Shown here in pieces: positions 11,861 through 25,034 of a DNA stretch of 64,000 bases. The position numbers and the translations under genes were made by a program. A model generated the notes under the pieces. It made no database searches. It saw only the letters and a program-made list of their open reading frames with translations, and was not told where the DNA came from. Location: NCBI RefSeq assembly GCF_009834535.1, contig NC_045696.1, forward strand, positions 78,742,001 to 78,806,000. The letters are read 5' to 3'. Numbering within the stretch: position 1 is the first letter of the stretch; each line of letters begins with the position of its first letter. The stretch comes from Camelus ferus. Its lineage: Eukaryota.

Positions 11861-13125
11861 TATACTATCACCTTACACTTTTCTATGTATTATATATTGT
11901 CTCCCTCTACTAGAATGTGCATTCCAAGAAGGCACTACTTTATTCCAGTGCCAAGAACAATGCTTCGCACACATTAAACACTCGATAAATATTTGTTGAT
12001 TAAAAGAATGAGGAAGTATTTCTATGGGAATCTTTTCATAAGTAATGATTGTATCATTTTACTCTTGTTGGTCCTTTAATAGTCTAAAATACTATTTGTA
12101 TGGTACCAGGAATACATTAGATCACCCTTACTGAAGAATTACTTTTACATTCCCCAGAAGTCCTGAGATCAGAGATTACTGCCAATTGTAAAGAAAAAAC
12201 TCTGAGCAGTCTGAGATGAAAGTATTCTTGAAAGATCTCTTCTTTCTATTAAGAATTCGTAGAGGGGGAAATAAAAGAAAACGGGGAAAATCGTACTCAA
12301 ACATCAAAGCCCAGTTTAAAAGCCAACCCTTTCATTAATCCTTTCCTCCCTCATTCACCCAGAGCAGTCTGTACCACCATCCCAGTGCTCACCAGGTTAT
12401 GTAATCTCCTGGATATGTAATCTCTGGAAGACAGGAACTGGATCACTTTTCTCTCTTAACCAGTCACCAGTCACCCATGATTGGCATTCAAAGAATTATT
12501 ACTGGATCGAGTTGAATGGAATAAATGCTGTAGGAACCTGTGACGTAACTGCTTGTTAAAACGCAGTCCAGTAACACCATTATCTAGGTATCTACGGTCG
12601 ATTGCAGACAAACCTGTGTCCTCTATTCTGCATGGCCGAGACAGTAGGACACACAGCCCAATAACTTAGTCACATGTACAGGTCCAGAATCCATTACTCT
12701 ACTCCTCAGGATGTGCAAGCCATAGTAAGCAAATATTAACTGATAAGGACGATAGAAAAGTAAAGGATGCTGTATCTTCTTCTAACAGTGCGGGATAAAA
12801 GTAGACAGACACTAATAGATGAGACACCCAATACAGAGGAAAACTGAAAAAAAAATACTAATAATTTTTAAAATGTGGAAAAAGAAGGGGGCGGACAAGA
12901 GGGTGGAGAAACATGGCAGAAGACCTCAGGTCAAACGTGGAAGTAAGCGAGACACTAGAGTAGAAATCAGCGCAAGCGTTGGTCACAGGCTGCTCTTTCA
13001 ACAGCCCCTCATCAGCTTCCTCGAGCAAGCCTTCCTGCGCGTCCTCCGGGACGGCATTCCACGCGCGGGGGCGTCCCTCCAGGCGAGCCACCCTCAAGCA
13101 GGGTCTGCAGCGCCGCGGTCTTTAC

Positions 13126-13230
13126 CTGCGTCCCGTCAGGACGCCCGGGCGACCGGCCCGGCGGGCGTGTGTGCAGGTGTGAACGTGTCAGACGCAGGCG
13201 CTCGGGAGCTGCGGGGCCGTGCTCTTCGAC
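13126..13230 (-). other. Candidate alternative non-coding first exon (1b)
   Basis: Minus-strand donor CGCAG|GTAAAG at 13126/13125, with no ATG in the segment. 5' boundary (TSS) estimated. Confidence 0.5.
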
Positions 13231-13542
13231 AGCCGGCTTCGGGAGGTGGGCGGGGGCCTCGAGGCGGGGGGCCGGGGCTGCTCAGGCCGGCGGGTGCCCG
13301 GGGGCGGCTGGAGCCGGGGGCCCCGCGCGCGGCCCCACCAGGTCTCCGCCGCCCGAGCTCCCCTCAGCCTCGGGGATTCGACGCCCCGGTTGGCGCCCCG
13401 GGACCCGCGCAGGGGTGCGGCCTCAGCCGCAGTCGGGGCGGGAGGACGAGAGCGAGAGCCGGACCTCTGGGCCGAGGCCGCGCCGCCTCAGAGCGCCCAG
13501 CTGGTTTTGGCAAAACTTTGGAAACAGAGGGACTCGGATTAC

Positions 13543-13690
13543 CTGAGCGGCGCGGGCGCGGGCGCGGGCTCGTCTGCGGTACGGCTGCCGGGCGCGGGCC
13601 GGGTTTTCAGCAGCCGTAAAGCGGGAGGAGCGCGCGAGCCCTCGCCCCCGAGCGGCGGCCCCGGCGCCTCCGCCGCGAGCGTCAGCCGCT
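13543..13690 (-). other. Candidate non-coding first exon (1a)
   Basis: Minus-strand donor CTCAG|GTAATC at 13543/13542, with no ATG between the donor and ~13710. TSS estimated. Confidence 0.6.
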
Positions 13691-13708
13691 TGGCAAGGAG
13701 CGGGCTGG

Positions 13709-13718
13709 GCTGAGTCAT
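13709..13718 (-). promoter_or_regulatory. AP-1 / ARE (NF-E2/NRF2-type) motif
   Basis: ATGACTCAGC on the minus strand is a perfect AP-1 core plus the RTGACnnnGC antioxidant response element, at the upstream edge of exon 1a. Confidence 0.55.
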
Positions 13719-14322
13719 AATAAAAGACACGTTTGCCGAGCGAAGTGGGAAGGGGGACTCGAGAAGCCGTGGTAAAAGGCGACAGGCTGAGTATAGGGAA
13801 GGTTTTGTTGTTTTTTAAAGCGGGCAAAACTGGAAAACTTGCCCCATGATGGGAAAAAGATGAGCTTCTTTCATTATATTTTACAAATTCTTTTCTGTAC
13901 CTAGTAAGAGTTTTTAAAAATTATTTTTTAAGTGCTTTCGCCTCCAGAATCAGGTGGCTGTGTATAGCGCTGAGCCTCCTCGCTTCCAGCTTGAGGGCCT
14001 TATTGCGCTTGTTATTTGAGGCCGTGTCTTTGTCTGTGGAGCAGAATAAAGGCACCTCCGTCGGGAGAGAGAGCGCCGGGAGGGTACTTGGCGTTGTGCC
14101 TGCAGTCTGCACTTCCTAAAGCTTAATTATTATGACTTAAAAATAAAGGGGGGGGGGGGGTAAGTGAAGAGGGATCTTAGGTGAACAGCTTTAAAAGTAA
14201 GAAGACAAAAATAAAACAAGGTGTTGTTTTTTTTCAAGAGTTAAATGAGACTTGTATCTGAATGGAAGATAAGAAACAGGAACCTCTTAGAAACAAATGA
14301 GGCCAAGAGATGTAGCTGAGAT

Positions 14323-14426
14323 GAGAGAGAAAAAAAGAGAAGGGGAAAGGGATAAAGGGGAAAGGAAAGGGGGTGAGGGGAAAAGGGAGAAGGGGAGGAA
14401 GGGGAGAGGAAAGGGGAGGAGGGGAA
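14323..14426 (+). repeat. GA-rich low-complexity polypurine tract
   Basis: About 100 nt of almost only G/A, with about ten runs of 3 or more G. Confidence 0.9.
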
Positions 14427-16809
14427 CTAGGCTCAGTGGCCAGAAAGCTGAAGCTTCACAGACGGGGAGGAAGCGTATGTTTAATCGCTATTGAGAAAAT
14501 CATGACAAACTCCCTTTGCTGAGAGAGGTTTTTAAAAAAAAAAAAAAATTTAAGCAGATAAACAACTGTTTTAAATGAGCCCCAAATGAGGAGCCTTTGC
14601 TCCAATGAATGAGATTTGGCAGTTCTGCAAAAAGAGGAAATTCTTCCCTGTACCTGCATCTTAGAGGGGTGAGTCATCAAACCATAGCAAAAATTAGTGG
14701 GCTGGATTCCTGAAAGGCACGCCAGATGGATGCATTCTGCTTAGTTTTAATAACTGTATGATGGTCCCTCTGTACTGTCAATTTTAGAAGAAAGGAAGCT
14801 GAATAAAGATCTGAGGAGTGAACTTGAAAATAAAAGCCAAACTGGTTACTTAATATATGAGTATCCACCCACAATGAGCATACAGCTAAAGATTCCAAAA
14901 CAAATGACCATTTCTCCCATTTTCCTTCTCCTTCCCCTTTGTTTCTGCTGTCACTGTATTTCTATCTGCTTTTGTTGTATTATTTTTATACAATGGGACT
15001 GCCTAGGGGAAAGGTGGTTTTAATTAATACTAAGGAATGGAAGGAATTTTAGCTAGGCCTCTGTAAGTAGGGTCAAACTTTTTGAAAGAAAGGTTTTTCA
15101 GTTGAAGTTTTAATGAGAGCAAGGGTAAATTGGCAGATGTGAAATCACAAGTTGTTTTAGACAAACAAGAAAACAGTAGTAGGACTGGAATGAAAGAATT
15201 AAATAGAAATCAGAAACAGTTTTATTCCCTATTTACTGTAAGCACGAAAGGCTAGAGGAAAGTTTTCTCTATCAGATAAAAGAAAATGGGTGCCTTGCTC
15301 TACTACCAAGGCTTTCGAATAGAAATTTTTAAAAAAAGAGAAAAAGAAAGGAGAAAAAAGGAAAAAACAAAAACACAAATCAAAATGAAAAACCTCTATC
15401 AGATTCTTACAATGATTTGCATTTTCCTAGGAGATCTCCTGCAGGGTAAAAGACTTGAAGGTGCCTCTTTCCATGTAGAAACAAGCAGAATATTTGAGGG
15501 GATTAATTTTGGCAGAATTGGGAAAACCCTGCATAGGATAAGAGTACCACTCTCTTTGTTTCAGTTTTGCTCAACTTTCAGGCTTAGGCAAACAGACTAT
15601 CATTAAACCTTTTATCTCTGTGAAACAGAGATAAAATCTTAAATGGTGTGAAGCCCCTAAACTAAAAGCAAGAAAACAAAACCAAAGCCCAGAAAAATAG
15701 AGAAAGAGATTAGGAAGCTTTTGTAAGGGAACCTTTGAACTTTTGGCTGTATTACGAATGCCTGTGACTTACTCTAGAGAAATAGGCAATCCAATCTAAA
15801 TCTAGGAACCAAGAAGATCAGGTCAGTTCAGATTTTAAAAAACTTACCTTACCTAAAATTTTTGGTCTGAGATAATTCCATTCATTTAAGGTAGAGACAA
15901 AAATTCACAACCTGATTTTGTGTGTCCATTAACACCTCAATCACCTGAATTCACTTGAATGTACTTTTTAGTTGAACTTTTGGCATTCTGTAACTAAACC
16001 TTGACTCATGGGCTTTTGAACATTTTGTGAATTTATCCAAAAGTAGATTTAGACTAATAAGTATTTGCTTTAAAGCTTTTAAATCCATCATTAATTAATG
16101 TTAATAATGTAAAGCATAGAGTGATCTGCTTTTCAAGGCATTTTATGTACATATGTTATAATTAAATCATTTTAATGAGAAGCCCCTGTTACACAACTGA
16201 CTTTAACCTTAGTATGCTAATATGATTTTTATTTAAGATTGCATATGAAATTATATTGGAAAAGATTGATTGTTTTGACTGCAAAAGACTGTATTGTACT
16301 AACTTGAAACATCAATGTGGTGAGGATTTCATGTAACTGAACAATGAACACTATTACAACATTATCTGTTGCTAAATTACTACATAACAGAAACACGAGT
16401 TAAACAGGTAGAGAGCCTTAAGAAATTTATAGTTTTCAAAACGAATTTCGGGAATAATAAAGACTGTATCAGAGCTGAAGTGAGATTCTCCAGCCGAATT
16501 TGAGCTTTAGCTAAGAACACTATGTTCCAAGATTGCTAGCTAATCCCACTCAAATAGGGAGGACAATCTTAAAGATATAGACCCTTGTTCTTCTCTGTCA
16601 GCAATACATATGTATTTATGGACATATTCCATTGTACGTATTTTAGAAGAGTTCTACGTGAAACTGTTCAAATCTAAAATTCAGCACTCTGGTCTCTTTA
16701 GACAGTTGAAATAGGTTGAAGAACTTGATGGTTTTGTTTCTTGAATAATGTCGCAACTAGAAATTTCAGGTAATTAAATTTTTCATTGGAAAAATAAACA
16801 ACTGTAGGA

Positions 16810-17410
16810 AATAGGCATTCTCCAACATTTCTGACGGGAGTATATAAACTGTCATACCCCTCTACAGAGAGCTATTTGGTAACAATCAAAATTCCAAACA
16901 GCAGAATTATATTCCCCTGGAGCCAGCAAATTGCTTTTGGGATTTGATTCTATAGAAATAATGCATGTACAATATTATTTGTTATAATAACAAAAGTTCA
17001 GAATAACCTAAAACTCTATCTACAGGAGACTAGTAAAATTATAGTACATTAATACAATAGAATGTACTTTAAATGCAGCTGTTGGGGGGGACTAAACAGA
17101 ATGAGGAAATTTTCTGTAAACAGTTTTGGGAACTACGACAAGATATATAAAGTGAAAGAAAAACAGTACAGAACAGTGTGTAAAATATAGTACCTTTGTA
17201 TAAAGAGGAGATATGATTATATTTACTTGCACATGCATGAAGAAATTCTGAAAGGAAACATAAGAAGCTATCTATAGTTACGCATATAAAGGGGAGATCA
17301 AATGTACTGATTGGACTGAGGATAGGGTGAAAAAGGGCTTTTCATTACAGACCTTTTTGTTTTCTTTTGGGGAGCCATGTAAATATACTCCGTTTGAAAA
17401 CTTGTTTAAA
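16810..17410 (+). mobile_element. Old L1 (L1ME/L1MD-like) 3' region
   Basis: ggcattctc...gggagtatataaactg...ctatttggtaac, tatagtacattaatacaatagaatg and caagatatataaagtgaaa are degraded L1M 3' motifs. Confidence 0.7.
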
Positions 17411-17799
17411 AAAAGGAAACAGGTGCCAAATACCTTCCATGATGTGTAAAAAAGATAAAGTAGGAAAAGTTATTTTGAAATTGAATAATGTCCCTGTCAT
17501 AATCCCCAAAGTACTGAAATTTACTGTTAAGAATTCCTGCTAACTAAACTATGAATTCTATTTACATCTGTTTTGACCATAAAGGCCTGTACTATTTTAA
17601 AATATCAGATAAACCTTCACACACAAATAAAATTTGTATTCATTTCTCCCTAAGAATTTTTAAATTCCCAGTAATAGAGAAATTAATGCATAAAGTACAG
17701 TATATTTTATGCTAATAGACCATCCAGAGTTTCTACAATTTCTTGTTCTTTTGCTGAAAATTAGTATAGTGGCAAGTACTAATATTTTAATTCTATAAT

Positions 17800-18015
17800 G
17801 CCTGAGGTCCAATCTCTGTCCCCTCCATGGAGGAGCCATGGGATGAAAAGAGCCTGGGACCTTAACGTTCTCCTTGGAGGAGAGCTACCCCAGGAGCCAC
17901 TGGATCCAGAACTTCCACTTTGGACCTCGTGTATGAGAAGTAAACTTTTATTGCATTAAGCCACTGACATTTTGGTGTTATTTGTAAGAGCTTTTAGCCT
18001 ATTTTGACTAATTCA
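17800..18015 (+). mobile_element. MaLR (MLT1) LTR 3' part
   Basis: gagaagtaaacttttattgcattaagccactgacattttggtgttatttgt...tgactaattca is a typical MLT1 end. Confidence 0.75.
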
Positions 18016-19289
18016 AGCAAGAAATTTCCTTTCAACAAGAAATAAAATAATTTTAAAGATCCACGAAAGAATTAAGGGCTTAATTCTTATTCACAAAAAC
18101 TTCATTTTTTTTTAACATATAATATTAAGAAACACATACTTCTGTATGTGATCTATGAATTAAGTTTTCTATCTTCATTTGGAAATGATTTTCCATGTCT
18201 GAAATAATGAGTATATTTTATAAAAGTTTTATTACTATTGCTGTTTATTATTACTATCACTATTATTACTATTACCATTGATTGATTTTTTCCAAATATC
18301 AATATTTCAAGAAGTACAAAGGGTTTCTTTCTCTTTATCTGACTAAACGATATGTTTCATTGAAGAGTCAGAGAAGGGCTATACATGAAATCAGAATTTT
18401 AATTATTGAAAAAAGTTAAACTCAAGTTCTTTATCACTATTCCTTTTTCCTCTAATGCAGAGTATACTTTGCTTCTTTCCTTATTATATCTCTGGTATTC
18501 TCAAATGGTTTATTAACTAAAAGAATAACTGTATGATTCCCAGTTTTCTTTATCATGTTATAAACCCTTTAAAAATATGATCACATCTTGAAAATTCATT
18601 TTTTACAAAAATTACTGATACATGGCTAGATTATGAGGTGGAAAAGAGACTTGAGAATTTCTCTTTTCCTGTTCTGTTAATATACCAAATAAGAAAAAAA
18701 TATTAAGTGGTGTGTGCAGCCCAAGCTTTGTCTATTGGATGGATGGCTTACCATGAATGTCTGTGAGACTTTTCCATACTAGAGCATGTCTTAAATAACT
18801 GTAGGAAAACAGCCCTAAATATAATTTACAGTCTTTTTTAAAATATAAATAAAATGATTATCTAATGATTTAAAAAGAAGAAGACTACTAGAATGCAGAA
18901 TGGTTTTAATAATTTAATGTCTTGTATAGGTAAGACAAAATAACTCATCTCAAATATTATGTAACACTTCCCCTCCAGCTTTCTTAAAATAGTATATATA
19001 TTTGAGGTTTCATCACTTTCATGATTTTTCCATTAAGTATACTATTGTATCTACTGATACAATTTTTATATTTTCCATACTAGCATTCCAATCTATGGAC
19101 ACATACTACTTTTTTTCTCCCTAGCCTTATATTCTTGCCTTTGGGAAAATGGTTCTCTCCACTCCAAATAAATTTTATAAAACTATTTAGAAAAAGGCCC
19201 TGCCACCACCACTAGAGGCAAATTTTTGATCCAAAAACACCAATTATAAATTCTTAAGGGACAGAGAGTTGCAATTCTCTGTATAGTTA

Positions 19290-19505
19290 TATAGGCTCTG
19301 GACCTAGCTGCTGAGGGCAACTCCCTCGCTTCACAGAAAATTTCTAGAGAAAAGCAGAGCCAAGGCAGGATGTGTTCTGATGACACTGCATTAGCCCTAG
19401 TCTGTGTCCACACCCTTGAGCCCCCTAAGCACGTGAGCCGCGTATACATTGTTTTCCTTAAGCTGGTTTAAGTTGGATTTCTGTTATTTGCAACCGAGAG
19501 TCCAG
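19290..19505 (+). mobile_element. MaLR (MLT1J/K-like) LTR fragment
   Basis: cttaagctggtttaagttggatttctgttatttgcaaccgagagtcc. Confidence 0.65.
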
Positions 19506-19724
19506 AAATTAAAGCTTTCACTTTGCACCCTTTTACTCCTTATTTCTTCGTGCTTTCTAGTTTATATTTTAGAGTATTTAATAATGCAAAGAAGGTTAAC
19601 ACAAAAAGAAATGTAGTAATTTGCAATCGAAATTTGACATTCTCAAAAAACCTAGGAGGTGGAATATTTTTGTTAATTCCAGCATAGGAAAGGGTGGAAC
19701 CAAATCATCATTAAGTATTAAAAA

Positions 19725-20450
19725 CCAATGTTGGGTGTGCTCATTGCTACTGGAGTGTCATCAGTTCTAGGCCTTTGCAGCATACAGTTCTGATTCTAGT
19801 CTAGTACCATTTGTATCATGATTCATTATAGCCTTCCTTGCCTACCAGTTCCCTCCCACTCTAGCATTCTAACCTCTTAAATAAAGCATAATTCATAATT
19901 TATTTTATTAAGGTATTTGATTTTATATTTGTTAGCTCTTCTTGTTTTCTCTTGATATGAATATAATTATATAAATTGATGTTTGCTTTATCAATATGCA
20001 TATATAGTGTATATAATAGTTTCAAAATAATGATATCAATATTTGAAATACCAAAATGATGATACCAACACTGCTATTCACAAGAGTACTGCATACAATT
20101 TCAGTATGCTTTTGGTTTCATTTTTGTTTGTTTGTTTTCCTTAGGATATACCCACTAGGCATATAGAGTCAAAATATTGTATTTTAAAGTTATTTGGACT
20201 AATTTCTTGTCCATGACGTTATGGAACCAACCAGATATACACTTAAAACTTGACTTGTTTCAATTTGTTTTCAAATTTGGGGCATGGTTTGTTCTATCAT
20301 TCTGATTTATTATTTTTTCCAAAATATATGTATGATATTTACATAATTCTGAATTCAAAACTAGCTTCCATCCTGGGCTGTTTCTCCTGTTCTCTCTTTC
20401 TATGTACAGGTAAAACATTTTTATTCAGTTTTTTGCCTTACATTATTACG
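19725..20450 (-). mobile_element. Old L1 (L1MC-like) fragments
   Basis: tgttgggtgtgctcattgctactggagtgtcatcagttctaggcctttgcag plus downstream degraded L1MC 3' UTR motifs. Confidence 0.5.
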
Positions 20451-23400
20451 GATTTGGGGGTTGAACTCAGGTAGTTTAGTTCCTTAGTCCATGTTCTTAA
20501 ACAAAATGATAGATTGAAACTGTCGCATCAGAAATTACCAAATCTTTTTTTTAATTGGGGGGTGGAGAGGTGATTGAAGTTGAAAATTGCATATATTTTT
20601 ACCTAATTCTTAAAATGTAAACTTGGAAAATATCATTCCAGGTCCCTTCATAAGTTCCACCCCCTACCTGCACCTCCCAAATTCAAAACCACCAGGCAGC
20701 AACTAAAAGCCTCTTTTATGGCTTTTTATGTTGTTCCAAAGGCTTACAGCTTTAACCCAGATACCTACTTTATAGAATCATAGCATGCAAGCTTTGCAGA
20801 TATTCTTTTGAAGTTTGCATTTATAAGCCTTTGTGTACCAGCCTCTGTAAATTTCCATGTGACCTGTCTGAACTTCTTGAAGACAGAGTGTGAACAAACA
20901 TTACAAGCTTTTTGTGAAAGAGAATGTAGGCTCCATATAAAAGATTTTTCCTAAATCCCATTATATCTCCTTTAACCGTCCCTGTTCATTCTCACAAAGT
21001 TTCACTATTCTAGGTTACTAGCACATCTCTCTCCTCTTCTGCTTTGCTTCACTCTTGTCTTCTTAACTCTGAGTTTCTGAAAAATTCCATTCAGTTCACA
21101 AGGTCCACTGGGCATAATAAAAGCTTGCTAAGGTTGTGGAATAGGTTTAGACAAGAAAAGCACCAAAGACAGGCTTGTTAGCCACTTTCTAATCACTCGT
21201 TGTTCCTTATAAATGCCCCTGGGGAGTCCTCAGTTTATCCAGTTACACTTAAAATTTTTTCATGACTCTTGACCTTGAAATTCCTCTTCTGGGTACCTAG
21301 CCCAATGGAATAATTCCAACTTGTGCAAAAAATTATCCACGAAGACGATTATTGCAAAGATTACAAAATAATGAAAGTTTATTACTACCCATGTCCAACA
21401 AGAAGACGGTGATTAAATGATAGTATTTGTTTATATGAGGCTATTAAGGATTAGTTGTATTATACTGTAAAGACAAGCATTTTAATAACATAAAAACTAT
21501 TAAGATGTGCTGCTAAGTGATAAAGTTAAATAAAGTAATATCAGTATTAATCTGAAGAAAATATGTCAAAATTTTTACAATATTCAAAAAACTATTAATG
21601 ATAAACAGCACTAATTTCTCTATTCTCCAAAGTTTCACAAATGAGGATATATTATTTTTATTAGTAATACACACACACACCAACCATAGGTATAAGTCTG
21701 AGCTGGATGCTCTAGCTTTTTATGTCTATAAGAGAGAGACCCGAAGGACAAGAGTCCACAGAGAAAAGATGGGGCTTATAGAGTATTATAGTTTCAAGAT
21801 GTGGCTTCGAAGAAGGACTCTTTCCAAATGAAGGCAGACAAAGTCAAGATCTGGAAAAAATCATGAGAGAATGCAACTGACATCTGGCCTTATGGTAGCT
21901 GGGATATAAGAGAAAGCACAGCCCATACTGGAGAATGTGACAGTGAACTTGGAGTTTTCAGTGGAAAATTAAGTTTACAGTAAGGTAGCACTTCTTAAAC
22001 TGCAGTCATTTATGATTTTTTGCTATTTCTACTTTCTATATTTACTATTTTTCCTCAATATTCTTCTTTAAATCAACTCACCAGCTCCCTCCTTTTTTTT
22101 TTTTTTTTAATATAAGGGCTTCCTTCAATTTTAACTAGATAATATTTATGCAAAGATGACTCCAATATATATTTTTCTAATACACATGAAAATAAAATAT
22201 GATTATTAAAATTTAAGTATTTATCCAAGGAGCATCCTGAAATCATCTTTGAGACACTCCTTTAGAGCAAGGAGATGAAAAGAATTTTCCCTGTAGAGAC
22301 TGAATATGCAGAAAAAGATAGTTGACGATGGGATATGGCTCCTGAGAGCAATGTGAAAGAGTATTAAAGGCAATCAACAGTAAGAAAATGAGAGGTTGGG
22401 GTAGGTAGATTAGATCTTCAAATGAGAACAGAGTAATAATATACCAGAAGAATCTGCATTTTGGGTGGTACTCAAGTACTAAAGATGAGAAACATGAATG
22501 AAATGATCTGATCTTACAAGCATTTCCCTTTGGCTAAAGTTACCTTGGACAGTGCTGGGTCTAGAACCTCCTGTGGGTCCTGCAGGTATTGTGTCCTTAG
22601 AGGAGGGTGGGAAATGCCTTTGTGACCCAAGGGTAGCAGAACGTTGACTCCAGGCCATAACTGAGCCCTGAGCTAGCTACCAATCTCAGACTGTTGGCTA
22701 AAATTCCTCTACGGTTTCAGAAGATGGAGGCTACTTCCTATTTTCTCTTAAGTTATCAACAAACCCCTGCTTTACTCAATAATATGTGCACCTAATTTTG
22801 AAATGGAGGGAAGAAGATTTTGCCTGCCTTGAGAGTGAGTCAGTATGTCAGGTATTTACCACAAATGCCTCTAGTTTCTGGTTTTCCATATCCTAAGGTG
22901 CTATTTTACACATAATCTTAAGAGATATGAGGAGAAGAAGAAAATGAAGAAAACATCACAACAAATAAAAATTATCTTTAAAGTCTTTAAGGAGATTTGA
23001 ATCAGTGACCAGATTGCATCTCATCACAGAACAATTTAATAGGTATACCCCCACAGTCTATCAGCCTGAGGGGATTAAAAAATCAATGAATATTGATAAT
23101 ACACTAAAAAGAAAAACAATATCAATGCACAATTGTCTCTGGCTAAAGTCCTCGGTAAATAACTTCAGGAATCATATTACCCAAATCATTTCCATTTCTG
23201 TCAGGGTACAAGTTTGGTCTTTGCTATGGCTTCAGTATAAACTTCTCTCTGTATAAATGACTCAAATAGTATCACATCTCTGATCGCCACCACCCTGGCT
23301 CCTTCCTTTTCTTCTAAAACAGCTTTTCTCTCTTAAAGTGGGTAATGCTATCAGTAAGTGTCACACTGAGCCACTTTTGTGTATTGGGCTCAGGACACAG

Positions 23401-24799
23401 TCATTTGCCCCGCAGGCTAGTAAATCAGTCCAAGCCACTGTACTATGACTTTTCTCAAGGAAATAAAACTATTAACACCCATCTCCAACTCAATGCCATG
23501 GCAAAGGTAAGGCTGCCTCTCCTCTCTTTTAGAAGCTCGGAAAATTACTCCTTTTCTCTCATTCCTAGTACCTCTGCTTGACTGTCCTTTCCTCAAAGCT
23601 CAGGACAACTCCCTGGAATACTTGTCCACCAATCATTCAGTCAGTCAATTCATCAATTATCTAAGAAATATTTATTTATTGAGACTTTGTCCTGTGTCAG
23701 TTTTTCTTCTAGGTGCTGAAGATACAGCCATAGAGTCTATCTCAGGTTAGAGGGCAGATTTGTTAGCTCTTCAGGATAACATAGACAATCTCTCCCTCTG
23801 GAGCAAGGGTTGGGTGGGTTTGCTAGCAGTCCTTTTAAAAGTCTGGAATTTCCTAAGCTTGGAGCTCCTAAACTGGGATACAAACCCATTTTGTGCGTGG
23901 TATTCAACATTGGCCACTGTACCTTGCCCAGTAGAACTTGAGGGGGCCAGTAAGGTTAGTTTTCATATGGTGACTCTCTCTGAAGGTCCTAGTGTTGCCT
24001 CCGCTTGCCAACACAGTCGCTTTTATAAATGTATCTTACACTGCGAGGTTACCACTGTTGGGTCCTATTGTTCTTCCCTCTCAACACCACTCTGTTTTTT
24101 CTGGTTTTAAATTTCCTGTGTTCAGTGGGGCTCCACTGGGACAATTCCACCAACCAGCACATTTTGAAGACAAATTGTAAGAGCAAGGAAGGAGGCAATC
24201 AGTGTTAAGTATTTCTGTTCTCCACTGTTGTGTTTCTCTTCTCACTCTCTCCAGTGTTTATCTTGGAAGAACAGTTTAACTATCTGCAAAGAAGAACTGT
24301 AAGGCATACTTCATCCAGCCCTGGTTATGCACTCTGTGTTCAAATTCCATTTCTACCACTAACTAGTATGTAAATTTGAATGGGAAAATAAGTTAATATT
24401 TTTAACCTCACTTTCCTGGTCTGTAAAATGGGATATTTAAGCCTTGGGGAGTGCTGAGAACTCCAAGTACTGGAGAGTGAAATTTTTGCTAGTACTAGTG
24501 CTAGAGAAGAACTCCTGACTGAAAGGGGAGAGGGAAGTGAAGGGACTGAGTACTGTGTACCGCTTTCTGGGCAAGACCCCACAAGGGATTGTCTACATTA
24601 TGTTTCTAAGCCAGAAACCAGAAGAAATAGGGAAGAATGTGATTTGACCTGAGGAAGTCAAGTGGCATGATTAAAACAGAATGATGATATCACCTCAATA
24701 AGCACTCGCATAGACATATAATTCAAGAACACTTTGGGATTTCCTCCTCCTCTTCTGTTCTTTAAGCCAGCAGTTAAAGACTACCTACTTCCAGAAGTA

Positions 24800-25000
24800 G
24801 ACAGCCTGGGTTTAGATTTAGGTTCTGTTATTTACTGTGACCTTTGGCAGTATTTTCTTTGTGCCTCAGTTTCTTCATCTTTAAAATGGGAATAGTCACA
24901 TTCTCTAATTCAAAGACTGGTTTTGAGGATTAAAAAAATTAATATACCTAAATGCTTAGAACTGTGCCTGGAATTTATTTAGGACCTATAAATGTTGGGT
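24800..25000 (+). mobile_element. MIR SINE
   Basis: tgtgcctcagtttcttcatctttaaaatgggaatagt...gcttagaactgtgcctgg. Confidence 0.8.
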
Positions 25001-25034
25001 ACTGTGTTGGGGGGGTCCCTCAGGCTTGGTGATT

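Larger units (their letters stand above)
9900..12011 (+). mobile_element. Long L2 (L2a-like) 3' portion with nested insertions
   Basis: Continuous L2 motifs (ggctccaaggctcagtcctcg, gcatctaacccttaacatgtccaaa, tcagcaaatcccatgg) ending in the L2 terminus ctcgataaatatttgttgattaaaagaatga. Confidence 0.85.
12950..13800 (-). promoter_or_regulatory. CpG-island promoter of the minus-strand gene
   Basis: Abrupt very GC- and CpG-rich block in an AT-rich, CpG-depleted background, with GC boxes (gggcgg ~13248, ~13436) and two minus-strand splice donors. Confidence 0.92.

Noticed and set aside
632..13690. Assigning a gene symbol to the minus-strand gene
   Set aside because: No recognisable coding sequence lies in the window; a BLAST of the exons or the adjacent window is needed.
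12819..13827. Long overlapping ORFs in the CpG island (266, 164, 134 and 125 aa)
   Set aside because: These are G/A/R/P-rich, open on both strands because stops are scarce in GC-rich DNA, and have no recognisable domain.
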